Assembly (NCBI GenBank): GCA_964403865.1
Contig: CAYOHS010000001.1
Location: 1-53,783 of the forward strand
DNA from: an uncultured Candidatus Saccharibacteria bacterium
GTDB lineage: Bacteria > Patescibacteriota > Minisyncoccia > Phycocordibacterales > UBA2100
DNA length: 53,783 bases
Direction: 5' to 3'
A program made the translations under genes and the position numbers. A model generated the notes under the pieces. The model was not told where the DNA came from. It saw nothing but the letters and a program-made list of their open reading frames with translations, and searched no databases. Below, piece by piece: positions 25,750-34,112 of this stretch. Position 1 is the stretch's first letter. Every line of letters starts with the position of its first letter.

Positions 25750-25777
25750 TTGCGGCACGGCGCATGCGCGGTACAAT
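25750..25777 (+). promoter_or_regulatory. Sigma-70-like promoter (TTGCGG - 16 nt - TACAAT) for a leaderless operon mRNA
   Basis: The -10 hexamer ends 6 nt before the ATG at 25784, and there is no SD. Confidence 0.5.
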
Positions 25778-25783
25778 CAGGCG

Positions 25784-26770
25784 ATGAAAATACTTATCTT
25801 TGATGCGACGCCCATCGTACGGGAGGTCTTCACGAATCGGCTTACCAGCCACACGCTCGTCTTCCACGACGAACCGGTCAGTGATGCTGCGCTTCAGGCC
25901 GACGCTGATGCGGAGATGGTCTCGCTGTTCGTCTCCTCGCGGCTTACCAAGGAACAGATGGATATGCTCCCGAATCTCAAGATGGTGACCGCGCGTTCTG
26001 CTGGGTACGACAACGTCGACTGTGTCCACGCAAAGGAGCGCGGTATCGTCGTCGCGCGCGTGCCACGGTATGGCCAGCACACCGTCGCCGAGTTCGCGAT
26101 GGGACTCATGCTCATGCTCAGCCGCAAGCTGTACGAATCGTCGCGCCGCGTCCGCGAAGAGGGAAGTTTCTCGCAGGCGGGTCTCGAGGGTTTCGATCTC
26201 TTCGGTAAGACGCTCGGCGTCTTGGGTACCGGGAACATCGGGCGCGCCGTCGTCGGTCTCGGACAAGGATTCGGCATGGAGGTCCTCATGTATGACATGT
26301 ACCCGGCCAAGGATCTCGAGGGACCGCACGCACGGTACGTCAGCATCGACGAACTGCTCGGACAGTCCGACATCATCTCGGTCCACGTGCCGTACATGCC
26401 CGAGAATCATCATTTCCTCGATGCAGAGCGGATCGGAAAGATGCGTCGCGGCGCGTATCTCATCAACACCGCCCGCGGCGAGCTCGTCGATACTGCGGCG
26501 ATGCTCGAGGCGCTCAAGAGCGGACAGCTCGCCGGCGCCGGACTCGATGTGCTCGAAGAGGAGCGCACGCTCAAGAGCGGTGCAGATGCGGCACTCTCCG
26601 CCGAGGCTGCCCAGCACGTGGCTGCCGACAAGGAGCTCATGCAGATGCCCAATGTCATCATCACGCCGCATGTCGCGTTCGACTCTCATGAGGCGAATAA
26701 GGACATACAGGAGATAAGCGCGGGCAACATCATCGCCTTCCTCGAAGGGAAGCCGACGAATACGGTCTAG
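25784..26770 (+). CDS. D-isomer-specific 2-hydroxyacid dehydrogenase (D-lactate / glycerate-hydroxypyruvate reductase-like)
   Basis: NAD-binding GVLGTGNIGRAV. Catalytic-region blocks LINTARGELVD and ITPHVAFDS. Confidence 0.85.
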   Translation: MKILIFDATPIVREVFTNRLTSHTLVFHDEPVSDAALQADADAEMVSLFVSSRLTKEQMDMLPNLKMVTARSAGYDNVDCVHAKERGIVVARVPRYGQHTVAEFAMGLMLMLSRKLYESSRRVREEGSFSQAGLEGFDLFGKTLGVLGTGNIGRAVVGLGQGFGMEVLMYDMYPAKDLEGPHARYVSIDELLGQSDIISVHVPYMPENHHFLDAERIGKMRRGAYLINTARGELVDTAAMLEALKSGQLAGAGLDVLEEERTLKSGADAALSAEAAQHVAADKELMQMPNVIITPHVAFDSHEANKDIQEISAGNIIAFLEGKPTNTV

Positions 26771-26773
26771 CCT

Positions 26774-28036
26774 ATGAGCGGTCTCATCAAGAACACTACG
26801 TCCCTCGGGACGACACCTGCTCGCACCGATGCTCTCGCTATTGCCGAATCGGCATATGCCGCTATCGATACCGGTGCCGTGGTGCGTGCACAGCTGTGGT
26901 TCGATGGCGCGACGCTGCATGCGGACGGGCGCGCCTATGAACTTTCGAAGTACAAACGCATCCATGTCTTCGGTTTTGGCAAAGCATCGTGTCGCGCCGT
27001 AGAAGAGATAGGGAAGGTGCTCGACGGCCGCGTCGAACGTGGGGTCGCTATTGATGTGCGCCCGGGCGTCTGTGCGGTCGCCGATGTATGGGAAGGCACG
27101 CACCCGAAGCCATCGGCGGGCAACGTCGCCGTGACCGAGCGTATCGTCGGGATGGCCGAGAACTGCGAAGAAGACGACCTCGTCATCGTCGCCGTCTCTG
27201 GCGGCGGTTCGGCGCTCTTATGCTGGCCGATGGACGAATGTGATCAAGGCGTGAAGCTCTACGATGATTTCTTGCACACCGGAGCGACGATCGAGGAGAT
27301 GAACACCGTGCGCAAGCACATTTCAGCGGTGAAGGGCGGCGGGCTGGCGAAACTCCTCTATCCGGCGACCGTGGTCGCACTGGTCTTCTGCGATGTCCCG
27401 GGCGAGCACTACGAAGAGGTAGCCTCAGGTCCGACTTATCTCGACAAGAGTAGTGTGGCTGATGCGCAAGCGATCCTCGACAAGTACGGTCTCACCGGAT
27501 ACGCCTTGCATGAGACGCCGAAAGAAGCGATGTACTTCGAGAAGGTGCACAACATCCCTGCGATATCGAATCACGGTGCACTCGATGCTATGCAGCGGGA
27601 GGCGGAATCCCGGGGCTACCGGGTCGTGCGTATCGGCGAGGCACTCTACGATGAACCGGCCAAGCTTCTGTCGATGATGCGCGAAGCGTCGGGCCACAAG
27701 ACCGTCGTGCTCGCCGGAGGAGAGCCACGACTCATCGTGACAAAGAAGGGCGGCAAAGGGGGACGCTGTCAGTATGTATCCCTCGAGGCGCTCCGCGCTT
27801 TGCGCGCAGGCGAGACGATGCTCGCGTTCGGCTCAGACGGCAAGGACAATTCCGATGCGGCGGGAGCACTTACGGATGCTGGCACGCTCGCGCGAGCTGC
27901 GCAGCTGAGTTTGCGATTCGAGGACGCACTCGACAGCTTCGACACCTACACGTTCTTGCAGCATACGAATGATCTCATCATGACCGGCCCGACCGATGCA
28001 AACGTGTCCGACCTATTCGCGCTCATCCACGAATGA
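26774..28036 (+). CDS. Glycerate 2-kinase (DUF4147 + MOFRL family)
   Basis: VAVSGGGSALL and GGEPRLIVTKKGGKGGRCQ...GSDGKDNSDAAGA are typical of MOFRL-type glycerate kinases. Confidence 0.8.
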   Translation: MSGLIKNTTSLGTTPARTDALAIAESAYAAIDTGAVVRAQLWFDGATLHADGRAYELSKYKRIHVFGFGKASCRAVEEIGKVLDGRVERGVAIDVRPGVCAVADVWEGTHPKPSAGNVAVTERIVGMAENCEEDDLVIVAVSGGGSALLCWPMDECDQGVKLYDDFLHTGATIEEMNTVRKHISAVKGGGLAKLLYPATVVALVFCDVPGEHYEEVASGPTYLDKSSVADAQAILDKYGLTGYALHETPKEAMYFEKVHNIPAISNHGALDAMQREAESRGYRVVRIGEALYDEPAKLLSMMREASGHKTVVLAGGEPRLIVTKKGGKGGRCQYVSLEALRALRAGETMLAFGSDGKDNSDAAGALTDAGTLARAAQLSLRFEDALDSFDTYTFLQHTNDLIMTGPTDANVSDLFALIHE

Positions 28037-28037
28037 T

Positions 28038-29246
28038 ATGGCTACCATCACAGCGATCCACGCAGAAGAAGTGAACGATTCCCGGAAGAAGCCCACGATA
28101 TCGGTCGCGGTCTCATGTGGTGATGCGACCGGGACATTTTCAGTCCCGTCCGGCGCATCGACGGGCTCGACCGAAGCGACCGAGCTGCGTGACCCAGACG
28201 GGCATGTCTCACAGGCGCTGCGCAATATCACTGAGCTCATAGCGCCTACGCTCATCGGTATGGATGCCGCAGACCAGAGAGCGATCGACACTACGATGCT
28301 CGCTATCGACGGGACAGAGCAGAAAGCACGATTAGGCGGCAACGCGATGATCGGTGTCTCGATCGCCGTGGCCAAGGCGGCCGCTGCGGCAAAGAGGGTA
28401 GAGGTGTACCAGCATCTGCGTTCGCTCTCGAATATGACGCCATCGCGCCATGTGCCGTACCTCTACATGAATTACATCAACGGCGGAAAGCACGCGGTCA
28501 CGCCGCTCTCGTTCCAAGAGCATCTCATCATCCCCGAGACCGATTCGATCAGAGACGCTCTCGCGATGGCACGTGCGATCGGCGACAAGCTCGGCGCGAT
28601 CATCACCGAGGTATATGGCGCAGATGCGGGTGCGAGCATGGGAGACGAGGGAGGTTTTGTGATCCCTGAGGCACGCTACGAGGTGCCGTTTCAGTTGCTG
28701 ACCCGCGCCGTCAAGGAATCCGGTAATGACGGGAAAGTCCGCTTTGCGATCGATGCCGCGGCGTCGTCATTCTTCCATGGCGGTACGTATACCGTCGACG
28801 GACGCTGTGTCGATTCGCGAGAACTCGGTGACATGTACAGCCATCTTTGCGCGACATATCCATTGCTCTCGATCGAGGATCCGTTCGAAGAGGCCGCAGA
28901 GGGCGACTATGCATCCCTTCAAGCGCGTGTATCAGCGCGTATCGTCGGTGACGATCTCACGACCACGAACGCCTCGCGAATCACGCATGCGGCCGAAGCG
29001 GGCGCCATCACGGCCGTCATCATCAAGCCGAATCAGGTCGGCACGCTTTCGGAGACTGTCGACGCGATGCGGGCAGCGCGCGAGCGCGGTATCGACTGCA
29101 TCGTGAGTCATCGCTCGGGCGAGACGATGGATGATTTCATCGCGGATCTCGCGTTCGCCTTCGGTGCGTTCGGCCTCAAGGCGGGTGCTCTGCGCAAGCC
29201 TGAGCGAGTCGCGAAATACCAACGTCTTGCTACTATCGCGATATGA
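28038..29246 (+). CDS. eno: Enolase (phosphopyruvate hydratase)
   Basis: SVPSGASTGSTEATELRD, IEDPFEE, IVGDDLTTTN, IKPNQVGTLSET and SHRSGETMDDFIADLA. Confidence 0.95.
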   Translation: MATITAIHAEEVNDSRKKPTISVAVSCGDATGTFSVPSGASTGSTEATELRDPDGHVSQALRNITELIAPTLIGMDAADQRAIDTTMLAIDGTEQKARLGGNAMIGVSIAVAKAAAAAKRVEVYQHLRSLSNMTPSRHVPYLYMNYINGGKHAVTPLSFQEHLIIPETDSIRDALAMARAIGDKLGAIITEVYGADAGASMGDEGGFVIPEARYEVPFQLLTRAVKESGNDGKVRFAIDAAASSFFHGGTYTVDGRCVDSRELGDMYSHLCATYPLLSIEDPFEEAAEGDYASLQARVSARIVGDDLTTTNASRITHAAEAGAITAVIIKPNQVGTLSETVDAMRAARERGIDCIVSHRSGETMDDFIADLAFAFGAFGLKAGALRKPERVAKYQRLATIAI

Positions 29247-30046
29247 GCCCGTCATCTCGCACCCAGATCGTCGTGACCGTCGGCCCATCCTGTAGCAGGG
29301 AAGCCGATATCGAGCAGCTGGTCGCCGCCGGTGCCGATGTCGTCAGGCTCAATTTTTCTCATGGTACGCACGAAGAGCATGCTGGATTCATCGCCATCGT
29401 CCGCTCGGTCGGGGAGCGGCTCGGTCGTCACATCCCGATCATCCAGGACCTCTCTGGACCGCGAGGGAAGACAGAAGACGGGCATGCGTTCGATGACGAG
29501 AAGGAGATACTGACAGAAAAAGACCTGCATGACCTCGACTTCGGCATCGCACAACGTGTGGACTACGTCGCGCAGTCATACGTCGGTTCTGTGGCAGATG
29601 TGCAGCGATTACGCGCAGAGATCGTCGCGCGCCGAGCATCGGTCCCGATCATCGCCAAGATAGAACGCGACGAAGCCGTGCACGATATCGACGCGATCAT
29701 AGCAGCCGCCGATGCGATCATGGTGGCGCGCGGCGATCTCGGGCTCGCAGAACCCTTGGGCGAGATACCGTTCATCGAGCGTACCATCATCGAGAAGTGC
29801 AAGGCGGCCAAGAAGCCGGTGATCGTCGCGACGCAGATGCTGTATTCGATGGTGGAGAACGCCGAACCGACGCGTGCCGAGGTGACCGACGAAGTCTTCG
29901 CCATCATCACCGGCGCAGACGCAGTCATGCTCTCGGATGAGACCGCGCGCGGAAAACATCCGCTCGAGGCGGTCCAGGCCATGGAGAAGATAGCCGTACG
30001 GGCAGAAGAATCCGCCGAAGTGCCGAGTCAGCGGAACCTTCTTTAG
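29243..30046 (+). CDS. Pyruvate kinase-like protein reduced to the A (TIM-barrel) domain
   Basis: RLNFSHG, IIQDLSGPRG, IIAKIE, MVARGDLG, VIVATQML, PTRAEVTDV-like and MLSDETARGKHP. It is only 267 aa. About 20 residues connect GPRG to the TEKD block where the lid domain normally sits, and there is no C-terminal domain. Confidence 0.8.
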   Translation: MSPSSRTQIVVTVGPSCSREADIEQLVAAGADVVRLNFSHGTHEEHAGFIAIVRSVGERLGRHIPIIQDLSGPRGKTEDGHAFDDEKEILTEKDLHDLDFGIAQRVDYVAQSYVGSVADVQRLRAEIVARRASVPIIAKIERDEAVHDIDAIIAAADAIMVARGDLGLAEPLGEIPFIERTIIEKCKAAKKPVIVATQMLYSMVENAEPTRAEVTDEVFAIITGADAVMLSDETARGKHPLEAVQAMEKIAVRAEESAEVPSQRNLL

Positions 30047-30049
30047 ACT

Positions 30050-30730
30050 ATGCGGTTCGCCTCGGTCGTCTTCGACTTCGATAGTACCGTCGTCGACTGT
30101 GAGACCCTGGATCTCGTGAGCGAGATCGCGCTTTCGGGGCGCGACGATCGAGATGCGGTCTTGGCCGAAGTGAAGCGCATCACGGCGCTCGGCATGGACG
30201 GCACCATCGCTTTCAATGAATCGCTTTCGCGACGTATCGCTCTCGTCGCCCCGACGCGTGCGGCCGTCGCAGAGGTCGCTTCGCGAATCGTGGAGCACAT
30301 CACGCCATCGTTCCTGGCGCACAAGGATTTCTTTTCTGCGCATACAGGTGCTATCGCCATCATCTCGGGCGGATTCGACGAGATCATCTGGCCGGTCGCT
30401 GATGCATTGGATATCGCGCGCTCGCATGTGTATGCGAACGCGTTCGTATTCGACGAATCCGGCGTTGCGGTAGGTGTCGATGAATCCAGGCCATCCGCGC
30501 ACGCGGGAGGGAAGACGAAGGCGGTCGCGGCCGCCGGCTTGGCCCGACCCCTCGCTATCGTCGGTGATGGCTGGACGGACTATGAGATACGTCAGAGCGG
30601 TGCGGCAGATACATTCGTCGCTTACACGGAACACGCCTGGCGCGAGAAGGTGGTCGCTCAGGCCGATGCGGTAGCGGCATCCTTTGAGCAACTTCTGACC
30701 ATCCTTGAAAGCGGCGCAGGACTCGCGTAG
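30050..30730 (+). CDS. HAD-IB phosphatase, phosphoserine phosphatase (SerB)-like
   Basis: Motif I VVFDFDSTVVDCETLD, an ISGGF block and GDGWTDYE (motif IV). Confidence 0.75.
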   Translation: MRFASVVFDFDSTVVDCETLDLVSEIALSGRDDRDAVLAEVKRITALGMDGTIAFNESLSRRIALVAPTRAAVAEVASRIVEHITPSFLAHKDFFSAHTGAIAIISGGFDEIIWPVADALDIARSHVYANAFVFDESGVAVGVDESRPSAHAGGKTKAVAAAGLARPLAIVGDGWTDYEIRQSGAADTFVAYTEHAWREKVVAQADAVAASFEQLLTILESGAGLA

Positions 30731-30731
30731 G

Positions 30732-31961
30732 ATGAGCTCCCATATGGCGCGTACGTCTTCCAAGCCTGTCGCACTGCTCCTCGAGAATATCCACCCGAAT
30801 GCCGTGGAGACATTCACGCGCGCGGGATATGCGCTCCGCACGTTCCCGAAGGCACTGAGCGAAGACCAGCTGATCGCAGAGCTGCGCGACGCCACTATCC
30901 TCGGCATCCGTTCCAAGACCAAGGTCACGAAGCGCGCCCTGGAGAACGCGCCTAAGCTCCTCGCTGTCGGGGCATTCTGCATCGGCACCAACCAGATAGA
31001 CCTCGCTGCGGCAGCCGAGCGAGGTATCGCGGTGTTCAATGCTCCTTTCTCGAACACGCGCAGTGTGGTCGAGCTCACGCTCGCGGAGATGATCATGCTC
31101 ATGCGCCGAGCGGGGGACAAGAGCGCCAAGGCGCACGCCGGCGAATGGGAGAAATCAGCCGATGGGTGTTTTGAAGCTCGTGGGAAGACACTGGGTATCA
31201 TCGGTTACGGACACATCGGTTCGCAGCTTTCTGTACTCGCTGAGGCGCTCGGCATGAAAGTGATCTTCTATGATATCGCGCATCGCCTCACGCTCGGAAC
31301 GGCACGTCGGGCGTCGACGCTCACGCAGCTCCTCAAGGAGGCTGATGTCGTTACGCTCCACGTAGATGGCAGGGCAGAGAATAAACACCTTATCGGTGCA
31401 AAGGAGCTCAAGCAGATGAAGAGGGGCGCATACCTCATGAATCTCAGTCGTGGGAATATCGTCGACATCGACGCGCTTGCGGCAGTGCTCAAGAGTGGGC
31501 GTCTTGCCGGGGCTGCCGTCGACGTGTTCCCGCACGAGCCCGCCGGCAACGATGAGCGCTTCGTCTCGCCGCTACAGAATCTCTCTAATGTGATACTCAC
31601 ACCGCATATCGGCGGCTCTACCGAAGAGGCCCAGCAAGATATCGGCGAATATACCTCGGCGCGGCTCGTGGAATATGTGGGCACGGGCGGTACCGACATG
31701 TGCGTAAACCTTCCGCAGCTCCACGCGCCACGCCTCGCGAAATCGCATCGCATCGTGCATCTGCATCGCAATGTCCCGGGCATCCTCGCACAGATCAACG
31801 AGATACTCGCCTCGCGCGGCATCAATATCGTAGGACAGTACCTCAAGACCGATGAGCGGACGGGATACGTGATCACCGATATCGCGGGCAAGAGCCTCAA
31901 TGGTGCCCCAGAAGAACTGGCCGCTATCCCTGAGACTTTCCGCTCACGTGTCTTATACTAG
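30732..31961 (+). CDS. serA: D-3-phosphoglycerate dehydrogenase with a C-terminal ACT domain
   Basis: GIIGYGHIGSQL, LMNLSRGNIVD and LTPHIGGST. The C-terminal region IVHLHRNVPGILAQINEILA is ACT-like. Length and layout resemble E. coli SerA. Confidence 0.9.
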   Translation: MSSHMARTSSKPVALLLENIHPNAVETFTRAGYALRTFPKALSEDQLIAELRDATILGIRSKTKVTKRALENAPKLLAVGAFCIGTNQIDLAAAAERGIAVFNAPFSNTRSVVELTLAEMIMLMRRAGDKSAKAHAGEWEKSADGCFEARGKTLGIIGYGHIGSQLSVLAEALGMKVIFYDIAHRLTLGTARRASTLTQLLKEADVVTLHVDGRAENKHLIGAKELKQMKRGAYLMNLSRGNIVDIDALAAVLKSGRLAGAAVDVFPHEPAGNDERFVSPLQNLSNVILTPHIGGSTEEAQQDIGEYTSARLVEYVGTGGTDMCVNLPQLHAPRLAKSHRIVHLHRNVPGILAQINEILASRGINIVGQYLKTDERTGYVITDIAGKSLNGAPEELAAIPETFRSRVLY

Positions 31962-31965
31962 GGTG

Positions 31966-33024
31966 ATGAAGTACTTCACTGTCGGCCCTACGCAGGAATA
32001 TCCGCGCTTACGCGAATTCCTTTCCGACGCGCTTTCCAAGGACATCCATTCGGTATCACACCGTTCACCGCTCTTTGTGGATCTCTTTCATGCGACGAGT
32101 GAGAGTGTGCGTACGCTCTTGCGTACCCCGGCAGACCGACAAGTATTCTTCGCGGGCTCGGCGACCGAATGGATGGAGCGCTCCATACAGAATCTCTCGG
32201 CACGCAACACGCTGCACTTCGTGAGCGGACACTTCGCCAAGCGCTTCTATGATTTTGCGACCGCACAGGGGAAAGATGCGCGGAAAGTCGACCAGAAACC
32301 GGATGGTTCGTTTGATCTTTCGGAAGTGCCCGGGGATTTCGTCCCAGAGATGATCGCGATCACCCACAACGAGACGAGCAACGGCACACGGCTCAGTCCG
32401 GAGTTTTTTGCCGCGGTTCGGGCAAGATTTCCTGAGGCACTGATCGTCCTTGATGTCGTGTCATCTGCGCCGACATTTCCCGATGCGTTTACAGCGGCGG
32501 ATGTACTCTTTTCCTCGGTTCAGAAGGGCTTTGGCATGCCGGCCGGACTCGGCGTCGCCGTGGTATCGCCGCGTGCGGTGACCCGTGCGACAGAATTGAG
32601 TTCGACGCAGTACACCGGCGCGTTCCATTCATTTCCGAAGCTCTCGGACTATGCGGCGAAGGGGAACACGGTAGAGACGCCGAACGTCCTCGGCATCTAC
32701 CTGCTCAATGAGATCGCGCGAGACCTGAACGCACGCGGTATAGAGGTACTTACTAAAGAGACCACTGAGAAGGCTGCGCTCATCCGCACTGCGCTCGACG
32801 CGTGCGGAGAAACTGAGCTCGAACCGATACTCCCCGAATACCAATCACAGACGGTCATCGTCGCCAAGACGCCCGGCGGTTCGAAGCCCATCATCGACAA
32901 GCTCAAAGCAGCAGGCTTCACGATCGCCTCCGGTTATGGCGAGCGCAAAGACACGCACATCCGTATCGGCAACTTCCCGGCGCACTCACTGACCGATATC
33001 CAGCGTCTCGTGTCGCTGCTATAG
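31966..33024 (+). CDS. Class V PLP aminotransferase, phosphoserine aminotransferase (SerC)-like
   Basis: FTVGPT N-terminus and SSVQKGFGMPAGLG (PLP-lysine block). It is the last gene of the serB-like/serA operon. Serine-pyruvate/glyoxylate specificity cannot be excluded. Confidence 0.7.
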   Translation: MKYFTVGPTQEYPRLREFLSDALSKDIHSVSHRSPLFVDLFHATSESVRTLLRTPADRQVFFAGSATEWMERSIQNLSARNTLHFVSGHFAKRFYDFATAQGKDARKVDQKPDGSFDLSEVPGDFVPEMIAITHNETSNGTRLSPEFFAAVRARFPEALIVLDVVSSAPTFPDAFTAADVLFSSVQKGFGMPAGLGVAVVSPRAVTRATELSSTQYTGAFHSFPKLSDYAAKGNTVETPNVLGIYLLNEIARDLNARGIEVLTKETTEKAALIRTALDACGETELEPILPEYQSQTVIVAKTPGGSKPIIDKLKAAGFTIASGYGERKDTHIRIGNFPAHSLTDIQRLVSLL

Positions 33025-33047
33025 GATTTATCCACACTGCGCCGATG

Positions 33048-33076
33048 TTCGCATATGTATAAGCATATGCTAATAT
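33048..33076 (+). promoter_or_regulatory. Promoter (TTCGCA - 17 nt - TAATAT) whose spacer is filled by the 7-6-7 inverted repeat GCATATG-tataag-CATATGC; candidate ArsR-family operator
   Basis: The inverted repeat at 33051-33070 was verified by hand. The -10 hexamer ends 6 nt before the ATG at 33083. Confidence 0.5.
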
Positions 33077-33082
33077 ATCGAT

Positions 33083-33376
33083 ATGAGCGCGCTCTGCAAC
33101 GAGATGGAGAAGTTCGGCAAGGCCCTCGGCAATGCCGCGCGCTATACCATCATCCAATCCTTGCTCCGCGGACGTAAGACGGTAGGGGAGTTGCGCGACA
33201 TAGTGAAGCTCTCCCAGCCTGCGGTATCGCAACACCTCAAGACGCTCAAGACCGCCGGCCTCGTCATCGACGAGCGCCGTGGCCAGGAGGTCTTCTATTC
33301 CGTGAATTCCGAACATCTCTTCTCTTTGCTCCACAAATTATCTGGAGACATTAGTCGGTGCGGTACTAAGAAATGA
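33083..33376 (+). CDS. ArsR/SmtB-family transcriptional regulator
   Basis: LGNAARYTIIQSLLRGRKTVGELRDIVKLSQPAVSQHLKTLKTAGLV is a winged-HTH signature. Confidence 0.9.
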   Translation: MSALCNEMEKFGKALGNAARYTIIQSLLRGRKTVGELRDIVKLSQPAVSQHLKTLKTAGLVIDERRGQEVFYSVNSEHLFSLLHKLSGDISRCGTKK

Positions 33377-33963
33377 TCTATATGGATACCCTCAAGGTGA
33401 AAGTGATTATCGGAAGCACGCGTCAGGGTCGCTTCAGCGACAAGCCCGCGGCGTGGATCGCGGGACTCGCCAAGCAGCGCCCGGAGTTCGAGGTAGAGCT
33501 TCTCGACCTGCGCGACCATCCCTTGCCTTTTTACGATGACGCGATGCCGCCGAGCATGGTCAAAGACGGCGCCTATGCGAATCCGGAAGTGAAGAAGTGG
33601 GCTGAGAAGATCGACGAAGCAGACGCATTCATCATCGTCACGCCCGAGTACAATCGCGGGCCTGCTGCGGTACTTAAGAACGCGCTCGACAGCGTCAGCC
33701 GCGAGTGGAATAACAAGCCGGTCGCGTTCGTCGCACACGGTTCTACTCTCGGCGTGCGTGCCATCGAACAATTGCGCATGAATGCCATAGAGCTGCGCAT
33801 GGCACCGACACGCGATATCGTCGCCCTGCCTGGTAGCTGGACGTTCGCTGATGGTGGTACTAAGGATGGCGCGTTCGCAGAACACGATGCCGCGGGAAAT
33901 ACGATGCTGGATACGCTCACCTGGTGGGCACAGGCGCTCAAAGTAGCGCGCAGCCAGGCATAA
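33373..33963 (+). CDS. NADPH-dependent FMN reductase family protein
   Basis: VIIGSTRQGRFS and FIIVTPEYNRGPAAVLKNALD. It overlaps the regulator's stop codon by 4 nt. Alternative start at 33382. Confidence 0.85.
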   Translation: MIYMDTLKVKVIIGSTRQGRFSDKPAAWIAGLAKQRPEFEVELLDLRDHPLPFYDDAMPPSMVKDGAYANPEVKKWAEKIDEADAFIIVTPEYNRGPAAVLKNALDSVSREWNNKPVAFVAHGSTLGVRAIEQLRMNAIELRMAPTRDIVALPGSWTFADGGTKDGAFAEHDAAGNTMLDTLTWWAQALKVARSQA

Positions 33964-33985
33964 GCGGGTCAAAAGAGGGGAGAGC

Positions 33986-34014
33986 GAGGGCGGATTCATC
34001 AGAAATCCGCCCTC
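33986..34014 (+). terminator. Hairpin GAGGGCGGATT-catcaga-AATCCGCCCTC
   Basis: Perfect 11-bp stem 23 nt after the stop codon, with no U-tract. Confidence 0.55.
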
Positions 34015-34025
34015 TCCCGCTACAC

Positions 34026-34053
34026 TTGCTAAATGTGAAAAATGATGTATAAT
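34026..34053 (+). promoter_or_regulatory. Sigma-70-like promoter TTGCTA - 16 nt - TATAAT
   Basis: Consensus -10 in an A/T-rich patch ~60 nt upstream of the ATG at 34113, so this gene has a leader. Confidence 0.5.
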
Positions 34054-34112
34054 AGCCACATTAGACGGAATGTGTCGCCGTTCCGCACAAAAACTTAAAA
34101 ACAGGCATCCGT

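Noticed and set aside
25280-27103. 607-aa ORF on the minus strand, antisense to the dehydrogenase and glycerate kinase genes
   Set aside because: The plus strand carries two proteins with clear conserved motifs. The antisense product is Arg/Asp/His-rich low-complexity sequence, typical of stop-free antisense frames in GC-rich DNA. The same reasoning applies to 29609-31201 (-), 45034-46263 (-), 39945-40940 (-), 22383-23330 (-), 50486-51115 (-), 49551-50312 (-), 41737-43008 (+) and 51807-52511/52551-53288 (+).
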